Source: Melioribacteraceae bacterium
GTDB taxonomy: Bacteria > Bacteroidota > Ignavibacteria > Ignavibacteriales > Melioribacteraceae
Length of the DNA: 24,000 bases
Reading direction: 5' to 3'
NCBI GenBank assembly: GCA_027030245.1
Contig: JALVFE010000022.1
Location: 15,148-39,147 of the forward strand
Shown here: in pieces, positions 9,281 through 17,646 of the stretch
Position numbering within the stretch: the stretch's first letter is position 1
How the letters are laid out: every line of letters begins with the position of its first letter
Made by a program: the position numbers and the translations under genes
Notes under the pieces: model-generated
The model's input: only the letters and a program-made list of their open reading frames with translations
Told to the model about the DNA's origin: nothing
Databases searched by the model: none

Positions 9281-9595
9281 GAAGAAATTATTCAAACACC
9301 AGCCAAGATTCGTCCTAAAATATAAAATAGAAAAAAATATATCCCAAAAACGAGATAAAAAGAATTAGTTTTTATATTTTAGCAAATATTTTTTGAACTT
9401 AATAAAGCACAATTAATAGCATAACGGAAACTCCTAAAAGAAAAAGGTAAAAAAATATTTGCCAAACAAAAGCATAAATGTTACAATTTTGTTAATGCTA
9501 ATTTTCAAAATATACAACAAGCCCGATTAGAATTCTTTATAAAATTGCATAGATTGTAAAGATATTCCTATAAAATTTATATAAAAATAAGTCGT

Positions 9596-12500
9596 ATGAT
9601 TAAAGAAAATACAATAGAAGAAAATCTGATAAAACAATTGACCGACTTAAAGTATATTTATCGCCCAGACATTGTCAATAGAAAAACTCTTGAACAAAAT
9701 TTCAGAGAAAAGTTTGAAAAATTGAACAAGGTAAGACTAACAGATAATGAATTTGCACGATTACGAGAACAAATTATTACGCCTGATGTATTTGCCGCTT
9801 CCAAGTTATTAAGAGAAAAACAATATTTTGAACGGGAAGATGGAACGCCATTACATTTTACATTGGTTAATATAAAAGACTGGTGCAAAAACGAATACGA
9901 AGTTATTAACCAACTGCGTATCAACACCGAAAATAGTTTTCAACGATACGATGTTATTTTGTTGATAAACGGATTGCCAATCGTTCAAATTGAACTGAAA
10001 AAAGTTAATGTTTCGCCAAGAAAAGCAATGCAACAAATCGTTGATTACAAAAACGATCCGGGTAATGGCTATACCAATACCTTATTGAGTTTTATGCAAC
10101 TGTTTATTGTGAGCAATCTAACTAACACATATTATTTTGCCAATAATATCAACCGGCATTTCGCTTTTAATGCAGATGAACAATTTTTACCTATTTACCA
10201 TTTAGCTGATGAAAAAAACAAGAAAATTACTCATCTGACTGAATTTACCGAAAGATTTCTCACAAAAAGTAACTTGGGAGAAATGATTAGCAAATACATG
10301 GTTTTGGTAGAGAGCGAACGGAAATTGTTAGTAATGCGCCCTTATCAGATTTATGCGGTGAAAGCTATTGTTGATTGTATTAATCAAAACAGAGGCAACG
10401 GTTATATTTGGCACACTACAGGCAGCGGAAAAACTCTTACTTCTTTCAAGGCGTCAACCTTGTTGAAGGATAATCCAGATATAGAAAAATGCTTGTTTGT
10501 AGTTGACAGAAAAGATCTTGACCGACAAACTCGAGAAGAATTTAATAAATTTCAGGAAGGCTGTGTTGAGGAAAACACTAATACCGAAACCCTCGTTAAA
10601 CGAATGCTTTCCACTGATTATTCCGATAAAGTAATTGTAACAACTATTCAAAAACTCGGTTTGGCTTTAGATCAAAATAGTAAGTTTAATAAGAGAAAAA
10701 CAAAAAAAGGACTTCCCACTTTTAAAGATAAATTGGCATCGCTAAGAGATAAACGAATGGTTTTTATTTTTGACGAATGCCATCGTTCGCAATTCGGAGA
10801 AAATCATAAGGCAATTAAAGATTTTTTCCCCCGCGCCCAACTTTTCGGATTTACCGGCACGCCTATTTTTGAAGAAAACGCAACTTATAAAATTAGAGAA
10901 GATCGTTTTGAAACTTACAAAACTACCGAAGCGGTTTTTGAAAAGCTCCTACATTCTTACACTATTACGCACGCCATAGAAGATAAAAATGTTTTGCGTT
11001 TTCATATTGATTATTACAAAGGCAAAGGCGAAAAAGAACCTAAGCCTGACGAGCAGGTTACGCAATTGGCAATTGTTGAAGCTATTTTGGAAAAACACAA
11101 TGCGGCAACTAATAATAGAAAATTTAACGCGCTATTAGCTACTTCATCGATCAATAATGCTATAAGTTATTACCGACTTTTTAAAGAAATTCAAAAAAAG
11201 AAATCGGAAGAAAATCCGGACTTTGTACCGTTAAATATCGCTTGCGTTTTTTCGCCTCCTGCGCAACTTATTGCTAAGGAAGGAGATAAACAAAGCCAAA
11301 AAACAGCCGAAGACATTAAGCAATTACAAGAAGATTTAATACAAGAAAAAGAAGATAACAAACAAAATCCAGAAGAAAAGAAAAAAGCTCTGGAAGAAAT
11401 TATTGCGGATTATAACAAACAATACGAAACAAATTATAGCATAAACGAATTTGATTTATATTATCAGGATGTACAAAGCCGCATCAAAAATCAAAAATAC
11501 AGTAATAAAGATGTTCCGCATAAAGATAAAATCGATTTGACAATCGTGGTGGATATGCTTTTGACTGGTTTTGATTCTAAATATCTCAACACCCTTTATG
11601 TAGATAAAAACTTAAAATATCACGGATTAATACAAGCATTTTCACGAACAAACCGCGTCTTGAACGACACAAAACCTTATGGCAATATTCTTGACTTTCG
11701 TATGCAAAAAGACGCTGTAAATCAGGCGGTGGCTTTATTCTCAGGCGAAGACAGTCACAAAGCCCAAGAAATTTGGTTGGTTGAACCCGCATCAGTAGTT
11801 ATCGAAAAATATGAAGAAGCCGTAGCGAAATTAGGTGAGTTTATGAAAAACCATAATTTGGTGCAAGAACCGCAAGAAGTCTATAATCTTAAAGGCGATA
11901 CGGCAAAAATCGAATTCATTAGAAATTTCAAAGAAATCCAACGACTCAGAACCCAACTTGACCAATATACCGATTTAAGCGATGAACAGAAAGAGTATAT
12001 TGAAAAGATTTTACCGACGGACACTTTACAGGAATTCAGAAGTTCTTATATCGAAACGGCTAAACAATTACGTGAAATACAGCAAAAAGAAGGAGACAAT
12101 GCGCCTGAGGAAATTCAGGAGTTGGATTTTGAATTTGTGCTGTTCGCTTCGGCAATTATCGATTATGATTACATAATGAATTTAATTGCGGAAAGCACGA
12201 AAAAGAAACCCTCTAAATATAAAATGACAAAGCAACAAATCATTAATTTGCTCAAATCCACTTCAAATTTAATGGATGAAGAAGAAGACCTCACCGACTA
12301 TATTAATAGTCTTGATTGGAGCAAAGGACAAAATGCCGATGATTTGCGAAAAGGCTATGATATTTTTAAAATAGAAAAATATAATAAGGAACTCGCACGA
12401 ATAGCCAACAAACACGGCTTACAAACGGTTAACTTAAAAGAATTTGTGGAGAACATTATAAACCGAATGATTTTTGACGGCGAAAAACTTACGGATTTGC

Positions 12501-12628
12501 TCGAGCCGCTGGATTTGGGTTGGAAAGCCCGCAGAGAAAAAGAATTGGCGTTAATGGAAGATTTGGTTCCACTATTAAAAAAATTAGCCCAAGGACGCGA
12601 GATATCCGGTCTGAAAGCTTATGAATAA
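9596..12628 (+). CDS. hsdR: Type I restriction enzyme R subunit (EcoR124/EcoprrI-like size class, 1010 aa)
   Basis: N-terminal PD-(D/E)xK nuclease block RYDVILLINGLPIVQIELKK. SF2 helicase motifs MRPYQIYAV, HTTGSGKTLTS (motif I), FIFDECHRSQ (DEAH-type motif II), FGFTGTP (motif III) and VVDMLLTGFDSKYLN...QAFSRTNR (motifs V/VI). The C-terminal domain is long and helical. Confidence 0.93.
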   Translation: MIKENTIEENLIKQLTDLKYIYRPDIVNRKTLEQNFREKFEKLNKVRLTDNEFARLREQIITPDVFAASKLLREKQYFEREDGTPLHFTLVNIKDWCKNEYEVINQLRINTENSFQRYDVILLINGLPIVQIELKKVNVSPRKAMQQIVDYKNDPGNGYTNTLLSFMQLFIVSNLTNTYYFANNINRHFAFNADEQFLPIYHLADEKNKKITHLTEFTERFLTKSNLGEMISKYMVLVESERKLLVMRPYQIYAVKAIVDCINQNRGNGYIWHTTGSGKTLTSFKASTLLKDNPDIEKCLFVVDRKDLDRQTREEFNKFQEGCVEENTNTETLVKRMLSTDYSDKVIVTTIQKLGLALDQNSKFNKRKTKKGLPTFKDKLASLRDKRMVFIFDECHRSQFGENHKAIKDFFPRAQLFGFTGTPIFEENATYKIREDRFETYKTTEAVFEKLLHSYTITHAIEDKNVLRFHIDYYKGKGEKEPKPDEQVTQLAIVEAILEKHNAATNNRKFNALLATSSINNAISYYRLFKEIQKKKSEENPDFVPLNIACVFSPPAQLIAKEGDKQSQKTAEDIKQLQEDLIQEKEDNKQNPEEKKKALEEIIADYNKQYETNYSINEFDLYYQDVQSRIKNQKYSNKDVPHKDKIDLTIVVDMLLTGFDSKYLNTLYVDKNLKYHGLIQAFSRTNRVLNDTKPYGNILDFRMQKDAVNQAVALFSGEDSHKAQEIWLVEPASVVIEKYEEAVAKLGEFMKNHNLVQEPQEVYNLKGDTAKIEFIRNFKEIQRLRTQLDQYTDLSDEQKEYIEKILPTDTLQEFRSSYIETAKQLREIQQKEGDNAPEEIQELDFEFVLFASAIIDYDYIMNLIAESTKKKPSKYKMTKQQIINLLKSTSNLMDEEEDLTDYINSLDWSKGQNADDLRKGYDIFKIEKYNKELARIANKHGLQTVNLKEFVENIINRMIFDGEKLTDLLEPLDLGWKARREKELALMEDLVPLLKKLAQGREISGLKAYE

Positions 12629-12874
12629 AAAGCAAAATATTGTTCACTATAAAAATTGCTAAATTGAATTAAATATTTATATCTACAGAGAAACCGCGGG
12701 GTTTATACAAAATGGAATTGGCGTTTTATTTTAGAAAGAGCGTCCATTTATCGCTCGGCGCATAAATAAGGTATTGAAAGACAAAGAGGTTAACGAAACA
12801 TGCATTTTGCAAAAAATACACATTACACTACACGGCAACCTCAAAAGAAGCGCATACGAATAAAGAGAAAAACT

Positions 12875-13717
12875 ATGAACGAGATTGTAATATATCATGC
12901 CGAACAACTTAATCAACAAATTGAAGTAAGAATTGAAGATGAGACTATATGGTTAACCCAAGCGCAAATAGTAACATTGTTTGATAGCAGTAAAGCTAAT
13001 ATTAGCGAACATATAAAACATATTTTTCAAACGGGAGAACTTACGCCTGAAGCAACTGTTCGGAAATTCCGAACAGTTCGAAAAGAAGGAAACCGAACCG
13101 TAACAAGAAATCTCGTTCATTATAATCTTGATATGATTATCTCAATTGGATACAGAGTCAATTCAATCCGCGGGACGCAATTCCGCATTTGGGCAAACAA
13201 GATACTAAAAGACTATTTGTTAAAAGGATACGCCCTTAATAACCGGATGAACCGAATAGAAGACAATTTACAAAAACTTACCGAAAAAGTGGAAGGCATC
13301 GATTTGCAAATAAAAGCTAATTTGCCGCCAAATCAAGGTATTTTCTACAACGGGCAGGTATTTGACGCTTACCTGCTTATTGCCGAAATTATTAAAAGCG
13401 CCAAAAGCTCCATTATTCTTATTGATAATTACGTTGATGAAACCGTATTGGCAATGTTAGACAAACGATGCAAAAACTGCGAGGCAACTGTTTTTACCAA
13501 AAACATCACAAAAAAACTGAAATTAGACGTTGAAAAACATAACCGACAATACCCTGAAATAGAACTAAAAAAATTAACCACCGCCCACGACCGTTTTTTA
13601 ATTATCGACCGGAAAACCGTTTACCACTTTGGCGCAAGCTTAAAAGACGCCGGCAAAAAATGGTTTGCTTTTTCAAAGTTGAATATGAATGCAAAAGATA
13701 TTATTGAGAAATTATGA
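12875..13717 (+). CDS. rhuM: RhuM-family N-terminal domain protein with a divergent C-terminal domain (HDRFLIID...GASLKD block)
   Basis: From the ATG at 12875, MNEIVIYHAEQLNQQIEVRIEDETIWLTQAQIVTLF...YNLDMIISIGYRVNSIRGTQFRIWANKILKDYLLKGY is the RhuM N-terminal signature. The C-terminal roughly 150 aa is not the canonical RhuM continuation. The stop overlaps the hsdS start (ATGA at 13714-13717). The tracked upstream ATG at 12800 adds a basic 25-aa extension that homologues lack, as far as I recall. Confidence 0.75.
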   Translation: MNEIVIYHAEQLNQQIEVRIEDETIWLTQAQIVTLFDSSKANISEHIKHIFQTGELTPEATVRKFRTVRKEGNRTVTRNLVHYNLDMIISIGYRVNSIRGTQFRIWANKILKDYLLKGYALNNRMNRIEDNLQKLTEKVEGIDLQIKANLPPNQGIFYNGQVFDAYLLIAEIIKSAKSSIILIDNYVDETVLAMLDKRCKNCEATVFTKNITKKLKLDVEKHNRQYPEIELKKLTTAHDRFLIIDRKTVYHFGASLKDAGKKWFAFSKLNMNAKDIIEKL

Positions 13718-14913
13718 GTGATAAGCAAAAAAACAAACTGATACCGAAATTGCGTTTTCCTGAGTTTAAGGATAACGGGGAGTGGAAAATTGATAAAGTT
13801 GTAAATTTAATTAATACAATTACGCCACCAAAGAAACTTAAAACAAAAGATTATCTGGAAGAAGGTAAGTTTCCCATTATAGATCAATCTCAAAGTTATT
13901 ATTGTGGTTGGACAAATGATATAGAAGCTATTATTTCTGACAATTTGCCTTTAATAATTTTTGGTGACCATACTTGCATTTTGAAAATAATTCAAGAACC
14001 TTTTGCACAAGGGGCAGATGGAATAAAGATATTGAAAACAAAAGAAAATGTTACTTCTGAATTTTTATTTCATTTTTTACAACATTATGGAGTTAAACAA
14101 GAAAATTACAAACGGCATTTTTCAAAATTAAAAGAAAAAATAGTATTTTTTCCTGATATTAAAACAGGTGAACAACAAAAAATTGCTTCCTTTCTTTCCA
14201 ATTTGGATAAATTGATTGAAGCTCACAATAAAAAACTTGATTTGCTCAAACGGCATAAAAAAGGATTAATGCAAAACCTTTTTCCGCAAGAAGGTGAAAA
14301 AGTCCCGAAATTGCGCTTTCCGGAGTTTAAGGATAGTGGGGAGTGGGAGGAAAAAATTCTTTCTAAAATAACTGATTACATATTTGATGGAACTCACCAA
14401 ACGCCGCGATATATTGAAAATGGTATTCCATTTTTTAGCGTAGAAAATATTATAAGTGGAAATAAGAATAAATTTATATCACACGAAGATTATGAAATAG
14501 CTACAAAAAAGAATAAACCTGAAAAAGGAGATATTTTAATAACAAGAATTGGCAAAATAGGATATTCTGCAATTGTGGATTGGGACTATGAATTTAGTAT
14601 ATATGTAACTCTCGCTTGTATTAAAAAATCAAAACATTTTGATTCGTATTATTTACATTCCTATTTTCAATCGGAAACTTATCAAAAAGAAATTATGAGC
14701 AAAGCATTGTTAAATGCGGTTCCCAGTAAAATAAATATGAATGAATTAAGAGAAACAAAAGTATTATTACCTTCAATTCCCGAACAAAAAAAAATCGCTT
14801 CTTTTCTTTCCAATTTGGATAAATTGATTGAAGCGGAAGAGAAAAAAATAGAACTATTGGAAAAACATAAAAAGGGATTAATGCAAGGATTGTTTCCTAA
14901 TATAGACGAGTAA
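13714..14913 (+). CDS. hsdS: Type I R-M specificity subunit, two target-recognition domains
   Basis: The architecture is duplicated. (I/V)PKLRFPEFKD(N/S)GEW occurs at aa 10 and aa 198. The conserved helical spacer QKIASFLSNLDKLIEA..KK..LL..HKKGLMQ.LFP also occurs twice. Two unrelated variable TRDs lie between these elements. Confidence 0.92.
   Translation: MSDKQKNKLIPKLRFPEFKDNGEWKIDKVVNLINTITPPKKLKTKDYLEEGKFPIIDQSQSYYCGWTNDIEAIISDNLPLIIFGDHTCILKIIQEPFAQGADGIKILKTKENVTSEFLFHFLQHYGVKQENYKRHFSKLKEKIVFFPDIKTGEQQKIASFLSNLDKLIEAHNKKLDLLKRHKKGLMQNLFPQEGEKVPKLRFPEFKDSGEWEEKILSKITDYIFDGTHQTPRYIENGIPFFSVENIISGNKNKFISHEDYEIATKKNKPEKGDILITRIGKIGYSAIVDWDYEFSIYVTLACIKKSKHFDSYYLHSYFQSETYQKEIMSKALLNAVPSKINMNELRETKVLLPSIPEQKKIASFLSNLDKLIEAEEKKIELLEKHKKGLMQGLFPNIDE
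14191..14222 (+). repeat. hsdS internal direct repeat, copy 1 (32-bp perfect core of a ~115-bp diverged conserved-region duplication)
   Basis: tttctttccaatttggataaattgattgaagc is found identically at 14803-14834. The flanks are similar but diverged (gaacaa[c/a]aaaaaat[t/c]gcttc upstream, ggattaatgcaa downstream). Confidence 0.9.
14803..14834 (+). repeat. hsdS internal direct repeat, copy 2
   Basis: Identical 32-mer to 14191-14222, 612 bp downstream. It encodes the second FLSNLDKLIEA helix. Confidence 0.9.
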
Positions 14914-14917
14914 AATT

Positions 14918-16036
14918 ATGAGTGTTGAAAGCTATTCTTTTTCAAACTTAGCAGATTTTGCCCGTTATTTGAGAGAACAGGACAAAAAAGTACACTTGTT
15001 GTTCGCTTACAATGGAACAGGGAAGACCCGTTTGTCAATGGATTTCAGGCAAGCTGGTAAAACATTTGACGAAGAGGGGAATGTAACAAATAGAGATACT
15101 TTATATTTTAATGCTTTTACTGAAGATTTATTTTATTGGGATAACGATTTGGAAAATGACACTGAAAGAGTGTTAAAAATTAATCAAAATTCAAGATTCT
15201 TTGAAGGTCTTCCTGATTTGGAAATGGAAAATAGAATTCGTCCTTTACTAAGACTATACACGGACTACGATTTTTACATTGATTATGACAAATGGCACGT
15301 AAGATTTACCAGAGAAGAACGGATTAAAGGTGAAACTATCACACATGACTTTATAAAAATATCGAGAGGCGAAGAGAGGCTTTTTATCTGGTGTTTCTTT
15401 TTGGCAATAATGCAATTGGCAATAGACAGACAAGAAGCATATAACTGGGTAAAATATATTTTTATTGATGATCCGGTTTCGTCATTAGACGACCATAATG
15501 CTGTTTCCGTGGCACATCATTTAGCACAAAAAATAAAGAAAATTGAAGGTAATAGCATTAAGGTGGTTATTTCAACTCATCATGCATTGTTTTTTAATGT
15601 TCTTTCAAATGAATTTAAAAGAGCCAAAAAGTTTTTTATTAAAAAAGCCGATATCGGTTATTTGTTAAGAGCAACTACAGATTCCCCTTTCATTTATCAT
15701 ATTGAATTGATTCAAAAAATAAAAAAAGCAATCGATGAAGATAAATTATTTACATACCATTTTAATATTTTGAGAACCATTCTTGAAAAAGCGGCAAACT
15801 TTCATGGTTATACAAATTTTTCGGATTGTTTGATTATTGACGACGACGATGAAGAAGGCACTTTACATTCTCGTTTGGTCAACATCATGAGCCATGGCGC
15901 ATACTCTTTATTTGAACCTGTTGAAATGGTAGAAGAAAATAAGAAGTATTTTATAAATATTTTTAATAATTATTTGCAAAACTATAAATTTAACGAACTA
16001 TTATTTACCGAAAAAAATCCTGAGCCATTAACATGA
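14918..16036 (+). CDS. prrC: PrrC-like AAA_13-type ABC ATPase, candidate anticodon nuclease embedded in the R-M operon
   Basis: 372 aa. Walker A AYNGTGKT (aa 30-37). YFNAFTEDLF resembles the FN-box that follows Walker A in this family. ABC-signature-like ISRGEERLF (aa 148-156). Walker B with D-loop YIFIDDPVSSLD (aa 180-191). H-motif VISTHH (aa 217-222). C-terminal N283-x2-R286-x3-E290 followed by S325-H326 matches the spacing of the PrrC Arg/Glu/His nuclease triad as I recall it. It starts 4 nt after the hsdS stop, and its stop overlaps the hsdM start (ATGA at 16033). Confidence 0.65.
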   Translation: MSVESYSFSNLADFARYLREQDKKVHLLFAYNGTGKTRLSMDFRQAGKTFDEEGNVTNRDTLYFNAFTEDLFYWDNDLENDTERVLKINQNSRFFEGLPDLEMENRIRPLLRLYTDYDFYIDYDKWHVRFTREERIKGETITHDFIKISRGEERLFIWCFFLAIMQLAIDRQEAYNWVKYIFIDDPVSSLDDHNAVSVAHHLAQKIKKIEGNSIKVVISTHHALFFNVLSNEFKRAKKFFIKKADIGYLLRATTDSPFIYHIELIQKIKKAIDEDKLFTYHFNILRTILEKAANFHGYTNFSDCLIIDDDDEEGTLHSRLVNIMSHGAYSLFEPVEMVEENKKYFINIFNNYLQNYKFNELLFTEKNPEPLT

Positions 16037-17646
16037 CACAAAAAGAACAACAAGAACTGGGTAAAACCCTTTGGAAGATAGCAGACGAACTTCGCGGGGC
16101 GATGAATGCGGATGATTTCCGCGATTATATGCTTTCGTTTTTATTTTTACGATATTTATCGGATAACTACGAAAAGTCCGCAAAAAAAGAATTGGGTAAA
16201 GATTACCCGAGATTGGACAAAGACGATAAGCGTACGCCTCTTGCCGTTTGGTATGAGCAAAACCCGAACGATGTAATTGAATTTGAAAAACAGATGCGCA
16301 GGAAGGTACACTATGTTATAAAACCGAAACACTTATGGACTAATATTGCCGAAATGGCTCGCACACAAAACGACGACCTGTTACAAACTTTGGAAGAAGG
16401 TTTTAAATACATAGAAAACGAATCTTTTGAAAGCACATTTCATGGTTTATTTTCGGAAATAAATTTGAATTCCGAAAAATTGGGCAAAACATACGAAGAA
16501 CGAAACAAAAAACTATGTAAAATCATCACTAAAATAGCCGAAGGCATTGCCGAATTTTCTACCGATTTAGATACTCTGGGCGACGCTTACGAATATTTAA
16601 TCGGTCAATTTGCCGCGGGTTCAGGCAAAAAAGCCGGAGAGTTTTATACTCCGCAACAAATATCCACAGTTCTTTCTGAAATTGTTACGCTAGACAGCCA
16701 TGACCCTGCCGCAGGCAAAAAAAATAAATTAAATAAGGTACTTGATTTTGCTTGCGGTTCAGGCTCATTGCTCTTAAATGTACGAAAACGAATGAAAGAA
16801 AGCGGTGGTACGGTAGGTAAAATTTACGGTCAGGAAAAAAACATCACCACATACAACCTTGCGCGAATGAATATGCTTTTGCATGGAATGAAAGACACGG
16901 AATTTGAAATATTTCACGGAGATACATTGCTTAATCAATGGCCGCTGCTCAACGAAATGAATCCAGCAAAAAAAATTGAATTCGACGCCGTAGTCGCTAA
17001 TCCTCCGTTTAGTTTACGGTGGGAACCTAACGAAACAATGGCGGAAGATTTCAGATTTAAAGGTTACGGTTTGGCACCAAAGTCGGCGGCGGATTTTGCT
17101 TTTTTACTTCACGGTTTTCATTATCTTGCCGGAAACGGCACAATGGCAATTATTTTGCCTCATGGGGTATTATTTCGAGGCGGAGAGGAAAAGAAAATCC
17201 GAACCAAGCTTTTAAAAGACAACAATATTGATGCAGTAATAGGGTTGCCTGCCAATCTTTTTTATTCGACCGGTATTCCGGTTTGTGTTATGGTGCTTAA
17301 AAAATGCAAAAAAGAAGACGATGTGTTGTTTATAAATGCCAGCGAACACTATGAAAAAGGAAAACGACAGAACTTTTTGAGAGATGAAGACATTGAAAGA
17401 ATTGTCGAGACGTACAAAAATCGACCCAAGAAAATAGAACGTTATGCGAGAAGAGTTTCGATGGATGAAATTGATAAGAACGACTACAACTTAAATATTT
17501 CGAGATATGTAAGCACGGCAATACCTGAAGAAAAAATTGATTTGAAAAAGGTAAACAAAGACTTGATTGAAATCGAGAAAAAAATAAAAAAATTCACGGA
17601 AAAACATAACGAATATCTAAAAGAATTAGGATTAAAAACAATTTAA
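16033..17646 (+). CDS. hsdM: Type I R-M N6-adenine DNA methyltransferase subunit
   Basis: HsdM_N-type N-terminus LWKIADELRGAMNADDFRDYMLSFLFLRYLSDNYE. Also GEFYTPQQIS, motif I VLDFACGSGSLLL and motif IV VVANPPFS. Confidence 0.95.
   Translation: MTQKEQQELGKTLWKIADELRGAMNADDFRDYMLSFLFLRYLSDNYEKSAKKELGKDYPRLDKDDKRTPLAVWYEQNPNDVIEFEKQMRRKVHYVIKPKHLWTNIAEMARTQNDDLLQTLEEGFKYIENESFESTFHGLFSEINLNSEKLGKTYEERNKKLCKIITKIAEGIAEFSTDLDTLGDAYEYLIGQFAAGSGKKAGEFYTPQQISTVLSEIVTLDSHDPAAGKKNKLNKVLDFACGSGSLLLNVRKRMKESGGTVGKIYGQEKNITTYNLARMNMLLHGMKDTEFEIFHGDTLLNQWPLLNEMNPAKKIEFDAVVANPPFSLRWEPNETMAEDFRFKGYGLAPKSAADFAFLLHGFHYLAGNGTMAIILPHGVLFRGGEEKKIRTKLLKDNNIDAVIGLPANLFYSTGIPVCVMVLKKCKKEDDVLFINASEHYEKGKRQNFLRDEDIERIVETYKNRPKKIERYARRVSMDEIDKNDYNLNISRYVSTAIPEEKIDLKKVNKDLIEIEKKIKKFTEKHNEYLKELGLKTI

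Noticed and set aside
9470-9495. A shared AATTTTGTT string upstream of hsdR (about 9485) and upstream of tRNA-Gly (about 17995), considered as a Bacteroidetes-type -7 promoter element (TAnnTTTG) or as island-flanking direct repeats.
   Set aside because: Only 9 bp are shared, neither copy matches the consensus fully, and the host lineage and its promoter consensus are unknown. This is insufficient for a promoter or att-site call.
9281-9595. Hydrophobic reading (LVFGIYFFLFYILGRILAGV-stop) on the minus strand of the island's left flank, considered as a remnant or small membrane peptide.
   Set aside because: There is no ATG, GTG or TTG start after the upstream in-frame TAA. T-rich DNA yields Phe/Leu/Ile-rich frames by chance.
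12691-12704. Near-palindrome AAACCGCGGGGTTT after hsdR, considered as a possible terminator.
   Set aside because: It has only a 5-bp stem and a 4-nt loop, with no following T-tract (it is followed by ATACAAAATGG). This is too weak to call.
12800-12874. A 25-codon N-terminal extension of the RhuM-like gene (MHFAKNTHYTTRQPQKKRIRIKRKT).
   Set aside because: RhuM-family proteins, as I recall them, begin at the M-x-E/D-I-I/V-I-Y motif, which is found here at 12875. The extension is highly basic and unlike any domain. It cannot be excluded without ribosome profiling or homologue alignment.
14786-14794. Homopolymeric A tracts inside the R-M genes, considered as phase-variation switches (A9 in hsdS at 14786-14794, A8 in hsdM at 16717-16724, A7 in hsdR at 10702-10708).
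   Set aside because: The tracts are short and encode Lys-rich segments in an AT-rich genome where such runs are common. There is no evidence of length heterogeneity from a single sequence.
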